A DNA stretch of 64,000 nt from Octopus bimaculoides (lineage: Eukaryota), in assembly GCF_001194135.2 (NCBI RefSeq), contig NC_068982.1, positions 113,083,234 through 113,147,233 on the forward strand. The letters run 5' to 3'. Below, piece by piece: positions 10,845 to 23,404 of this stretch. Below the pieces are notes generated by a model, which saw nothing but the letters and a program-made list of their open reading frames with translations, made no database searches and was not told the origin of the DNA. Position 1 is the stretch's first letter. Each line of letters starts with the position of its first letter. The position numbers and the translations under genes are program-made.

Positions 10845-13350
10845 ATACATCAAAGTTGGGTGTGGCAAGTCATATATTTATTCTTCAGATTTCAGTGAGA
10901 AGAAAACCTGATGAGTGTGCTCTAGTGCTTATACTCACGCTGCGATTGGCCTGTATGCTAGGAAAATTTACACTCACGAGGACGGTACATACAACTTGAC
11001 TTTTACAGTTTAGGTGGAGAAAGGTCTTTTTCTCGGCCGAACAAATCCTGTAACTCTTAGTGCTGTTAAAATGAGGTTTAGCCTTTTCCAGTATCCTCCA
11101 CTTGATTTTGTGATGCTCAGTAATTGTCATCAATGTCCATAAAGACTTCGCTATGTATATGTAGCCTTCCGGCTCTCTTGGATATGAACAAAATCTTGTG
11201 GTTGTTGAATCTGTTTCTAAAGGGACTTTTTGGCAACCCCTATATTTACACACTGTCACTCCATTAGACACTTTTGACTCTTCCTCCACCTCCTAAATAA
11301 TGGTTTCTGTATTGCAATGGGGATAAAGTTAACATAAGGTTTTTAATTGTGCATAACCAACCTGCATCTGTTTTCCGTTTGTGCTTACTTTCTTATATTT
11401 TCATTATGCTACGAACGCACCTAAAATGCCCCTCAAGATGTGTCTGGTATATATTTTCCTGTATCTATGTATTTGAAGGTAGATATCCTGCCTACACAAC
11501 CTTTTGCATTCAGGGAAAATGGAGGTGAAAAAGATGAAAAGTAAAGTCGAATCCGGCGTTTTCTTTCAGTGAGTTTAAGATCAGTTACCTACCATATCTT
11601 ATCCTTAAATACTCTGGGGAACAGCATCTTGTCATGTGGGGCTGCGGTGTGGAAGATCTACTTTTTCGAATACAGGTAGGAAATGTCGCTCCGATACCTC
11701 TTGAGAAGATTCCCGAAAAATATGGCTCGACGTGTTAATATGTATCAGCCTTCAAGCTGGCTGAATCGTTATCACACCAGACATTTCGTTCGTCTTTACT
11801 TTCTGGGTTGAAATGCCGCCGGGTTCGACTTTACTTTTCATCTTTTCGAGCCCGATAAAATAAGTACCAGTCGAGTACTGGGTTAGATGTCATCGACTTA
11901 CCTCCACCCTGAAATTGTTGGCCTTGTGCCGAAGTTTGAAACCAATGTATGTCAGCCTGTAACTCGGCTAGGCAATAGTGTCTAAGTCTAATGTCACATC
12001 CAGTAACTTGACCACTTTCAGATTGGGCTTTGTCGTGACTTTGAGCATAATCGAATCAAGGGCTTCGGTTAAATGTTTACTCAGCCTATCCAGTGAGTGC
12101 CAAAAGATCGTTCCAATAGAATCAAAACCTAGTTGATGGATATTTTCTAGTGAGCATATCTAGAATGAGAGAAAGGCCTTATAAGCTTTTTCTTCCAACT
12201 TCAACATCGGAAGAGCCAACAGAGTCAGTCTACTAAACTCAATCGAAACCATGTTGAGATTTAGGATTTTCCTGCTCAGCAAAATGATGTTTAAGTCCTT
12301 ACCCTTATCTTTGGTATAAGTCCTAGCAAATTTCATTGCTCTGTATAACAAATCCCTTGATATAGATTGATAAAAGTGCACTGTATCGAATTGAATGAAC
12401 ATTGACATACTTACGTCGGCTTTCTTATTAAAGCATAAAATGACCTCATCGTCTGTGAGTCATAGAGAAAAGCCAGATACACTCCTAATTATTATTGATC
12501 TTCTTGAGCAGACATTTGCTCACCAAAGCGATGTTCGGCATCGCAAGAATGCTCAGCTGACATTTGGTTTAGAGGCAAAAATAGGTTTATGGTCTTTAAC
12601 TTAGTGTGCGCTGAAGTTTGTACCCTACTCTCGACATCTAATCTACTTGCTGCTATTTTGGAATCATTATAAATGCTCTAGTATGTCTTTGGGGTAGTTT
12701 TCATGCATGTTTGTGTAATATTGCTGGTTAGCAGCAGTACGTAAGTATCATTATTTCCTTTATATACATTTATACTCTTGTCTGCGAAGAGTAATGCTCT
12801 CCAAAATGTCTTAAGTTTGTTTAGAAAACGAATAGCAGGTGTATAGAATTTCAGCTTCGGTATTATGTCCAATAAATCATCTTCAAAGCTCCCAGTTGTT
12901 TGATCCTGGGTGGCAATTGTCTACATCTAATGCCGAATTGCTCAGAATTTGCAGGTGGTTGTGCCTGGACGTTGAAGAAAGCTTTCTTTATACGCATGTC
13001 CAAGTCCATCATATTCTCTAGTAGAATCTTCGTGTAGAATTCATTGGGATCCGAGGTCATATAATGACACAACGATGAAAAAATATATGAATTTATAGCA
13101 TGAAATCTTAAATGATTCCGAAAAGCGCACAGCCAAAGATAGCAGCTATAGAATACAATTTACAAGTTGAGAACTCTCTCCGTCAGGGCATCTGACTAGA
13201 CTGTAAGAGTGAAGATTCTTTTTATCCTGCTCATATGAGCGTGACCGAACATGAATAGAAGCACTGGAGCACACCCATCGGATGATCTGCTCACCGAAAT
13301 CTAAAAAAATTGACATAAAATTTGCCACACCCAGTTGTGATGCGTGTGTG
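10845..13350 (-). mobile_element. Penelope-like element remnant (RT plus GIY-YIG endonuclease) with inverted pseudo-LTR copy at its 5' side
   Basis: Minus-strand ORF pieces LLFADKSINVYK, FIQFDTVHFYQSISRDLL..FARTYT (PLE RT) and KSLW..KIKWRILEKAKPHFNSTKSYRICSAEK (PLE GIY-YIG C-terminus). 10848-10935 is an inverted homolog of 13255-13343. Confidence 0.85.
11755..11945 (+). mobile_element. tRNA-derived SINE (abundant family), inserted in the PLE
   Basis: gctggctgaatcgtta (A box-like), degenerate B box, and the family core cttttcatcttttcgagcccgataaaataagtaccag. Confidence 0.8.
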
Positions 13351-13384
13351 TGTGGCTGTGCGTGTGGGTGTGTGTGTGTGTGTA

Positions 13385-13421
<37 letters not shown>

Positions 13422-14579
13422 CAGATCGGTACATGTATATGTACATGACCATATATGATTTTACAATTATCCTGTACACTCCAGAATCCCATCCCCTACT
13501 TCTGTGTCCGACCTTGCTCTCACATCGGCTTCTACATTACACCCCAGGCAAATATTTTCCATAGTCAGTGACCCATTTGATCTTCCTTCCAAAGGGCATA
13601 ATTCCAGTGAACTAAAAAGAATTTTCTACCATAGATTTTGACCTGGGCGTTCAGTTGTTTTTTTTATAATCACCCTAAGATCCACAAGCCGGATATCATA
13701 CTTCCAGCATTCAGTGGCCAAAAAGAAAAAAAGAAAAAAGAAAAAAGAAAAAAGAAAAATACGCCGTATCATTCCATATTGTTCTTTCTCATGATTCCCG
13801 GGTTTGTCTCAATTCCTGGCATGAAATCGATTGATAAATTGGCTGGCATGCGAATATAGTATTGTATTTTATAAATAACAATGCACTACTCTTGTAACCA
13901 ATATACGAACGCCTGCAATTTTCGCACTCATAAATTTTAGACAAGTATACATACATGCATGCATACTTATATACATGTATACTCACACATACATATACAT
14001 ATGTGAGTCTACGTATTCGCGTGCGCTTACATAATGTGCGTACATGTTTGTGCATAACTGTATATCTTCAACAAATATATGTATGTATGTATGAATGTAT
14101 GTATATACAAATGAACGAAATTTTGTTAAGAACACGAAAATCCGGTGCTTTCGAATAAAGATCATCGTTTGCATGTTTGTTTCTTTGCTTGATTTTAATT
14201 TTGTTTTTTTCACCTAATTGTGTAGATACTACTTTATCACTCCCACTTATCACATTGAATCAGTATTTGGCTCTTTGGGAAACTGTAATTAACGTTGCTA
14301 TTGTACATCAATTACGCTATATATTGAAATAAAATAAAATATAAACGTTTATACACTTGCTTTTTGTTATTGCCATTATCGATCAGTTATAGAATGCAAT
14401 ATTTTGTATCGTTAGCAATTCAGTATATACATTCGGTATAATAAATTCAGTATAATAACTTACATTCAGTATAATAAATTATTTTGTCAGTTTCTCTCTT
14501 TGTCACTCATTGATTAGAAATCTGTTGGAGCAGATATATTTTCTCTTCTGACAGTTTTCGAAGTGTGTAACCTGTAATA

Positions 14580-14720
14580 AATCACCACGTTATCCTACCG
14601 CTAAATCACGTGTTGCTATATTAGCAACGACCCTTCGGTAACATGACGTACTCCATTTTCTTACTCCATAACACCTATTGCATCACTTCCGGTGTGCCTT
14701 CATTACAAGACTAAAAGCAA
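14580..14720. promoter_or_regulatory. Candidate promoter-like motif cluster
   Basis: CACGTG 14607-14612, gttgcta-tat-tagcaac palindrome 14612-14628, TGACGTA 14644-14650 and CACTTCCGG (ETS) 14684-14692, within a non-repetitive, locally CpG-richer patch. Confidence 0.3.
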
Positions 14721-16822
14721 TGTTCTACGTTGGATTAAAAATTACTTTTATGAGTATTCTTTTCTACTATGAATATACTTTGCTTTTTTATTATTTTTAG
14801 CCTAGGTTTTGCTCTCGTCCATTGCAGCTTTTGATTTGGATCTATAATTTCGCACTTCTCACCAGAAAGTTTAAAATAACTAATATGAACGTCATTCTTT
14901 CCTTCTCAAGGTGAAGTCGAATATATCGCGTAAATAAGAATATATTCTAAGTATAACTCATAAAACTCATGGAACGTAAACATATTGAAATAACGTATAT
15001 AGCAATTAGCTACTCTTACCACCAGATGTCATCTAATTTGTGTATTGCTGATACAGGGCAACCATTTCAACTTGTGATTTACAAGAGAATAAATTGTATA
15101 ATTCATACCCACAATGAAATGTGTAAGTTTTACATATAAGGGCATCTGTGTTTCTTCAGCGTATGTGTTTGAACGTGTATAGATCGGTGCACTTGTACTT
15201 CCTACGTCAGGATTTTGCTTTAAAACATATATTAAAGAAATGAATTGTACTTGTCTCTATTAACGGTCATACAGTTTTTTGGACACTTTTGTTCCATTGT
15301 TTGAAATGATAAAGTAGCAAGCGATAATTGCATATTCTCGCTTCTGCTATGTAATCAAAGTGTATTTTGTCTAATATCCAAGGTGTGTTTGCAATAGCAT
15401 TTGAGTTAATACTTAGAAGCATAAGATTGGTTTGGAACATTTGATATTTTTTCCATTGTTTGTTTCCAGATTTAAACATTTGTTTACTTATGGTTTTGAT
15501 GTTTACTTTACCTTTATTAAATGCACGAGACGCGTCTGTTCATATTTAGACACTAGTATCGATTTCAAACTACGGTAGTTTATTTTTTGTTTTTGTGTCG
15601 AGTGAGAGAAAATTATAGAAATATTAGTTCAATTTCAATATTTTGTCTATCTTTGTCTTGTGTAATGAAGCGTATTACAATAACAGATTTGCCAACAAGA
15701 TTATGTTAAACTCTCTCCTTCAAAATAACAATTAGATTCATGAATTGTACAAATTTCATGCTTCTAATTGAATTTGTATATCACAAATTCCAACTAAACA
15801 GTAAGATGAATAAATTCAATTATAATCTTGTTCTATGTTGAAGAATATAAATCAAATCTCCCTATGGAGAATCAAAGTTGCACCGATGACTTCATCTGCC
15901 AATAATTTACCCATGAAACCACACAAACTTCATTAACAATATGTAAAGCAACAACACCGCCTTTGATGATAGCTTATTTCATGATTAAATGAAATGAAAT
16001 TGAGTTTGTTCATACGAATATCTTTGTATGGTGTGTTCTAAATAAAATGGTGTGTTCAAAGTAAATTACCTATATCATGATGGGTAATGTGCAACTTCGT
16101 CAATTACGAGAGCAATGTGTGCATTGAAATGTNNNNNNNNNNGGGGGCTAAATGATCGATGCGATAAAGTATCTTAATAGTATTCGTAATTAGCGACTTT
16201 AAAGTAACTGAATGGTAACCCTAAGGAACACTTAGTGCTAGTTCCTACGGACCGATCAAACAGATATAGGGTATAACTTATTTTGTATTATACATTTCAG
16301 GGCGGTGAATTAGTGCACATTAGCTATAGAATTTGAAAGAATGTAAATTTGTTGCAATCGATGTTCAAATTGGGCTTTGGCAAGTTAATATTTTGGGAGG
16401 AAGAAAAGACGGAGACAATTGTTGAGTTGCAGTTCCGGATAAAATAGATACATGTAGTGTGTTCTTTTTGTAAGGTGACTAATGTAACGATATCGAAAAA
16501 ATAATTGATTGTTGTTGATATTGTGTAGCTCAGGTCATTTTAGTTTGAGAGTATAACTACAAGACATTACAAGTATAACTATAACGATCACTTTATAACT
16601 ATATATGTATCTGAAACTACATCATCCACACCTATTTTTTTAAAGTCAGATCTGAGATTTGGGAGTGATTTGTATGGCATCGCCTGTAGTCTTCTGTGAC
16701 TGTCTGAGATGAATTGGATGGTAGTGGTAATTAATTTAGTAGTGTACAGAAGCATTAAATTCTGTAGAATACAAGAGATACAAAAAAAACACAGTGCCTC
16801 AACGATCTACAAGTTGATAGAA

Positions 16823-17040
16823 ATATTCTTTTCTACTCTAGGTACAAGGCCTGAAATTTTGGGGGAGCGGGCTAGTCGATTAGAGCGACCCCAGTACGCA
16901 TCTGATGATTAATTTTTCGACCCTGAAAGGATGAAAGGCAAAGTCGACCTCAACGGAATTTGAACTTAGAACATAAAGACAGGCGAAATACCGCTAAGAA
17001 TTTCGCCCGGCGTGCTAACGTTTCTGCTAGCTCACCACTT
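16823..17040 (-). mobile_element. tRNA-derived SINE (abundant family), full length
   Basis: Reverse complement of the head (aag..gagctagcagaaacgttagcacgccgggcgaaat), B box (aagttcaaattcc) and core (gtcgactttgcctttcatcctttc). Confidence 0.9.
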
Positions 17041-20000
17041 TAAATTGATACTAATATTATTATTGTATGGAGGCACGTTACAAATTCAATCATTGTAGAC
17101 TGAATCTTGATAAATTTTGCATTTTGCAGGTGCTGTAGAATGCTACTTTTGATCGTACTTCTACCATTTAGAGGATCAACACTCGTTGAAATTGGAAACA
17201 GACTAAATACACTAAATTTTGTGATGCAGTTTTAACTACGGAAAATATGTAGTCACATAGTTTCCAAGCAGACTTCTTGGCAACTACTGATGGGAGTGTT
17301 CACTACTTTATTATTTAGATCGTATATTTTAACTAAAAAAATGAATTAAACATTCTGTAACAGATTCATATGCAATAGATTCCTATTGATAATTCGGGAG
17401 ATGTTTTCTAGAATTATCTAGAAAACAAAACTTTGTCATAAATGTTTCCATGAATGCTTTACTTCTTGTATGTGTCTATGTTGAATCTATGTTGAGTCTG
17501 AATATAAAATTAGATTTTTCCTATCAGGCTGTGTTTTCATTGGATTCTATATTCCTTTTCCCCTTCATTTTCTATTGACACTGGAAGAAAAATATAACAT
17601 TTTAGTTAATATGTCAATAGTCACATATGTTACTAGAAATATGTATGCTGTATGAGGCTTTAGGTAAAATTAGTAAACGTTATGAATTTGGAGAGAAAGT
17701 CCTGCCAACGCTATTATAAATTTGATCAGAGTGATAGATTATTTGGATCAAATCTTGTCTCTGTGTAGGGCAGCTGCTCATCAATTTTCTTGTAAATGTC
17801 TCAGTTTTAACACTTAGACTGTGTTGCTTCTTGATTTTACTTTGTCATGCTGAGGATCTTTATGAGTCATACTTCCCTCTACTATAGAGAGGATCGTGCC
17901 AATCTAAACTTCACGAAACAAGTATGTTAAAACCAGTAGTAAATACACACTGAACTTTATTTTGGATGTAAAGTGGATTATAAATTCAAGAGCTGTGCAC
18001 TCATATGGTTGGAACATACGTAAGGATGGGTTACATGCTTCACGTTGCATAAGATTTTGAATAGTTCACGAAATCACAATACAGTTCACGATATCACAAA
18101 AGAAAGAGTTCAATTAAATACTCTTATCTATTAACTGCAATGAGATAATTCTCCCTCAGTGCTGAACCGCCATGCACGTTACATTAAATTATGAGGGACT
18201 GATCGAAGCTGTTGCTTATTACGAGGGAAATGATGACGTTTCTGATCCAACATTTACAATCATAAAGAGAACAGAATAACCACTTTATGACTTGACGTCT
18301 AAGAGGCAGGGCGTCCCTTTAGGTTGAAGAATAATAGAATCTACCACTACGGGATATTAACGTTTGCGTTTCTGCTGCACCTCTGATGAACTCAAAGAAT
18401 GGTTGTCCCATGAAGATGAACTTCTGCATTTAAATACTATAATTCAGTTATAGGGTATTTTTGGTATATATTTATATCATGTATGTGTATCCATTGTTTA
18501 CTGATACTTCAAACCTCAACATGAATGCAACTTTCTTCACAGTTGGGAGAAATTCTTTCAGATTACAGATACTGAAAACATAAGAATTATAAGAGGCATA
18601 CGCATAAAAAAATATAGAAATCGGGTATTTTCATTCGTAAAATGTGAAAGAAATTTTGCTTTTATTCCTTAGAATATGTTATATTTTCTATTCAGTTCAG
18701 TTATTACTAAAATTCACCAACCACCACTCGAAACAAATCCCATTAAAAATATAAAAAATATTGTATTGTCATCGGGCCTAAATTTATTTCAGTATCTCTA
18801 TGATGCAGTTATTTTTTCTGATTTTCTATAGCTTCTAATAATTTTACTCAAGACTCCGTAAGGGACGGATGCAGCAATCAGACTTTTCATCCAGTGTACT
18901 GACCAAGGCATGCCACGTTTCATATGTAACCATATTCGACTCTTCAGCATACAATGCGAAACATTATAGAAACCAGAATGTACTCAATAAAGACTTTTGT
19001 TTAAGGGTTCGTAGTCACCTGATACGTAATAATCAGGATTCATTATTGTTGATAGTGAGTTAATGTGACATTTAATCGCTGTACCGATCAATAAACAGTC
19101 GATAAATTGCAGGCCTTACTCACACTGTATAATTAGAAAATAAAACAAATGATATTGTAAGTGAATTGTACAGAACAAAAAATTTCGAAGCGAAATAATA
19201 AAATATTGGAAACAATATTTGAGATATGTACACTGGAACTGTAAACAGAATATTTATATACTTTATCCACAATATTTCCAGCTTTTCTATATAAATTAAG
19301 TTTGTTTTAACGATCTCAAAGTATTTTTATCGGGCATTTTGAAATCACACATATTTAACAAAATAGAAAACAGAAAACATTTATCGATTTCACATATGAT
19401 TAGCTTACTAAAATAAAACAAAACACAATGTAACTGTGATGTGTTAATTATGCATTTGGAGTATTTAAATTATTTACGTATAGCTCTTTAATAGGGATTC
19501 TCTGATGATAGCGTATCTTAAGAAGCAGCTTTATTTCTCTATTGCGTCGCAAGTCCTTGCTTAAAACAACTATAATTGATTGTGCATACTTGTTATAATT
19601 CACATGGTTTACTTTTTGCTATAGTTTGCCAATTTTCTGTTAGAACTTATGGCAGTTTTTAGAAATAACACACAGTTTACCATGGTTACTGTATTATTTT
19701 CCAATGATCGCTGACATTTCTTATTTAACACTTATCGATAATCTGTTTACAGATAGATGGTGTTAAGATTCTACATTCATTCTGAAATTCATTTTCCCTG
19801 CTTCGATAAACAATTTTGTATTCTAAAGAATAAGGTAGAGACATCAAGGATAACACACGTTCGGCAAAGCTTGGCATGCAATAGGAAAAGATCGTTTTTT
19901 GAAAATAGTAGTATGTAATTTCCGGAGTATGTGTCATTCCGTGTGATATCTAATTCCTGTATAAATGGAGAGAAGTTAGTTTACAGTTATTTCAAATAAT

Positions 20001-22095
20001 TCCCTTTCTAAACAACCTCGCCTCCCCTCCAACCCATACATGTATACTTTATCACTTTCTAGATTTTCCCTATTTTCCTTTAAACAAGGATGCGCAAAAA
20101 CATTTTTTCTATGTAGATTCATTCTTTTGATTTTCGTTACAAAGGAAGCCAAACTGAAGTTTGGTTATTCACCAGCAACGATATAATATTCGAAATGAAA
20201 TATTTGATTTAGTATTAAAACAATCAATGGGCCGACTTTAACAGAATCAAACAAATTCCAAAATATTTCTAATATTCTAAAGAGCTTATTCTTCAGATAG
20301 ATTACAAACATTATGTTTTTAAGCAATGGTTGTTGTTATATGACCATTACCACAGAGAAATGTAATGTAATTACGTAAAGAGTAAAGAGATAACATCACA
20401 ACCATTGCTTTGCAGGAATATTTAATCACACTTTTGTGTGTTTAATATTTCCTTTATTTCCTGTTTAAGTTTTTGATATTCTAACTGATTCCAAATGGTT
20501 TTATGTTTCAGATGCTGATTTGTTTTTACAGTCGGGAGCGACTTCTGCAACATGATGTATTTTATCTTATTAAGTCGAATAGAAAAACAGAAGAAAATAT
20601 CTTTATTTAAATAGAAAACCAAATAACTATTTAATCTGTTCAAACATATCCTAGTAAATCAATAAAATTATTTATTTTCATTCAATTTATTTGAACTCGA
20701 TCAAATATTGAACTCTTTCCATATATCTTAACTCTGTCTCATTTCCTATAGAAAATTTATGTGTCTGCAAATACAATCAAGGAAATTCATAAGAGAACTT
20801 TTTAATAGAGAAACTATTGAACGTACAAACGTATGATTTAATATTCCTGCTATGCAATGTCAGAAATGTTTTTATTTTCTCCTTTACATAATATATAACA
20901 TTTCTCCGCAGTAACATTCGTACAGCAGATTTATTCCTAACAAATGAAAATATACTCATCTTCAATTAAACTGGGTACATGGAATATTTTCAATAAAAGT
21001 AATATGTTAACTTTCATTATGTATAAGTAATAATTATCAACTTAAGTTAACCTCGTTATGGAAGATGAATTATGTGTGTATGAGGGTCGGAGTGGAATTC
21101 CAGGTAGTTCAGTTCTCAGTTACTATTTAGTTTTCCAGACGTCAAGCTGGTTCATATGACACAGTAGTCTACTGAATACATTTGTAAATACCAGCATGCA
21201 TCTTATATACTGAATATACAAAACCGCAATACAAAATATATGGTATATTGTAAGTAATAGACTGCTGAATAAAGGTAAATTATGTTTCTTGCTAAACTTC
21301 ATACTGTAACAGCATACTTAAATAATTCATTTACTAGTCCACTAAACAATAATCAAATTCTAGTTCTGATTTCTGAATCCTATAATTTACTGTAAGTAAA
21401 CAGACTGTTTGGATTTTTTATTAACAAAATAAAAAATCAGCTAAATGTTTTTAACCATAAATTCTTATTAACGCAATACAAATGGAGGTAGAGTAGACCA
21501 CCGTTGTGTATTAAATGTAATTTATTGATTTAAACTTTGCTCCTCTTCAAAACTTGTTTTTTATACAATAAAACGAATTTATTACAACGGGCATATGGAA
21601 GACATTGTGTATAACTGTCCGAGTGGTCGGAGACAGATATTTTGTTATTGCGTGTAATGAATTTAAGTAAAATATGGTGTTGCATGTGATTGAATAAATA
21701 AAATAGAATGATTAGATATCAAGAATTAAGTGTTCATTAATACGTATTTAATTTAAGAGGTCCCATAGGATTTCTTTGCATATATGTTAATTAGATATAT
21801 TACGGGAGGAAATATTATAATTAGTTTTGAATATTTTGATGGAAATTTCTTCCAAGTATACACACGCATACACACACACATATGTACATATATACATACA
21901 TATATATATATATATATATGTGTGTGTATGTATGTGTGTGTGTACAGAAACGGCATTACACTTATTAATGTATGATTTTATTTTATAGCTATGGACTGCT
22001 TACCCATAACATACTTTTAGCAGTTGTAGTCATATAGCACCAAATCGTTAAAAATATAATTCTCCTAGTGTCAGTAATTAATAAGCAGGAGTATA

Positions 22096-23197
22096 CAGGT
22101 TGTACGGGTTAAATTTTTGCAGTTTGCATAGAAATAAAAAGCAAGCACGATATGCCATCCAAAAATAAAATCTATTTTAAAAACCCAAAGAAAAAACATC
22201 AACTGGATTATGGGTGAGAGATAGCAGTTTATGCAATGTTGCTACCCTCGGTTTCCACCAGGGCACAAAGATGGCACCGGAACCATTCATATTAGCAAAC
22301 AGCTTGGCCTTGGAGTTGCAGACAGAGAGAATAGTACTTTTCTCAACTGCACCCCGCATGTTGTAATCTATGGGATTACAATCCGGTGAATTAGTAGTCC
22401 AGAAATTAAGTATGGTGAACGCATAGAAATTCTTCGGCAAACACTTCTGACACTTTCCGGACGTATGGCAAGAAACCGAATCCGGACGTATGGCAAGAAT
22501 CCGAAGGCGGTGGCGAGTTGGCAGAAACGTTAGCACGCCGGGCGAAATGCTCAACAGTATTTCGTCTGCCGCTACGTTCTGAGTTCAAATTCCATCGAGG
22601 TCTACTTTGCCTTTCATACTTTCGGGGTCGATTAAATAAGTACCAGTTACGCTCTGGAGTCGATATAAACGACTTAATCCGTTTGTCTGCCCTTGTTTGT
22701 CCCCTCTGCGTGTAGCTCCTTGTGGGCAGTAAAAAAATAAGAAGCCGAATCCTGCGGCCATATATGAGGCTTTCCAGCAGCAACTCTCTTCAGCCATGAT
22801 TTCTACACAATCTCCAGCAGTTTCACATAGCTCCTAGAATTGAGCCTAAGGCCCTGTTCAGAGATGTGTCGATGAGGTCCGGCATGTGGATATAGTCAGA
22901 ACGCCTACTGTATCCCTTCCTGCTAGCCACGGCTTCTTAGTCTCCCTCACATCTGCCCACATCACATTTTACAGCCTTCATAATGTTCAAAGAGTATTGA
23001 GTAGTAGCAGTGATGTCGGCACTTTCATACCTAGCACGAATCATCATGATACACGAGTATTCTTTTCCAGAGACATCCATGTCAGATAAGTTTTTCCCTA
23101 CTTCAACTTTAATATTTATGCTCTACAACGCCAAGGAATGTTCACCAAGCTTTTCCTGATAAAGGACAACGTAAAAAATCGTCAAATTTAACAATTT
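22096..23197 (-). mobile_element. Tc1/mariner DD37D (maT-like) transposon remnant interrupted by a SINE
   Basis: Minus-strand GLRLNSRSYVKLLE..WLKRVAAGKP..QDS-SCHTSGKCQ..FWTTNSPDCNPIDY..GAVEK. TA|CAGGTTGT end at 22094-22103; degenerate opposite end near 23197. Confidence 0.8.
22504..22742 (+). mobile_element. tRNA-derived SINE with target-site duplication
   Basis: Full head/core/tail; TSD aagaa(a/g)ccgaatcc at 22470-22483 and 22739-22752. Confidence 0.9.
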
Positions 23198-23368
23198 GTA
23201 TATAAATATTTAGAAGTATGTTAGATTAAAAAAAAAATCCAGCTATCTATTCCTTAACGAATGACATGAATAATTTACTTAAGAATGGTTGTGATACTGT
23301 GATAACTCTGGGTATGTTTTGGTTTAATTACACCTCTTCAGGAAGGGGTAGTCGTTTCTAGTGCTATC

Positions 23369-23404
<36 letters not shown>

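Noticed and set aside
10908-10945. Canonical hammerhead at CTGATGAG
   Set aside because: A stem follows but no GAAA or helix III, and it is antisense to the PLE.
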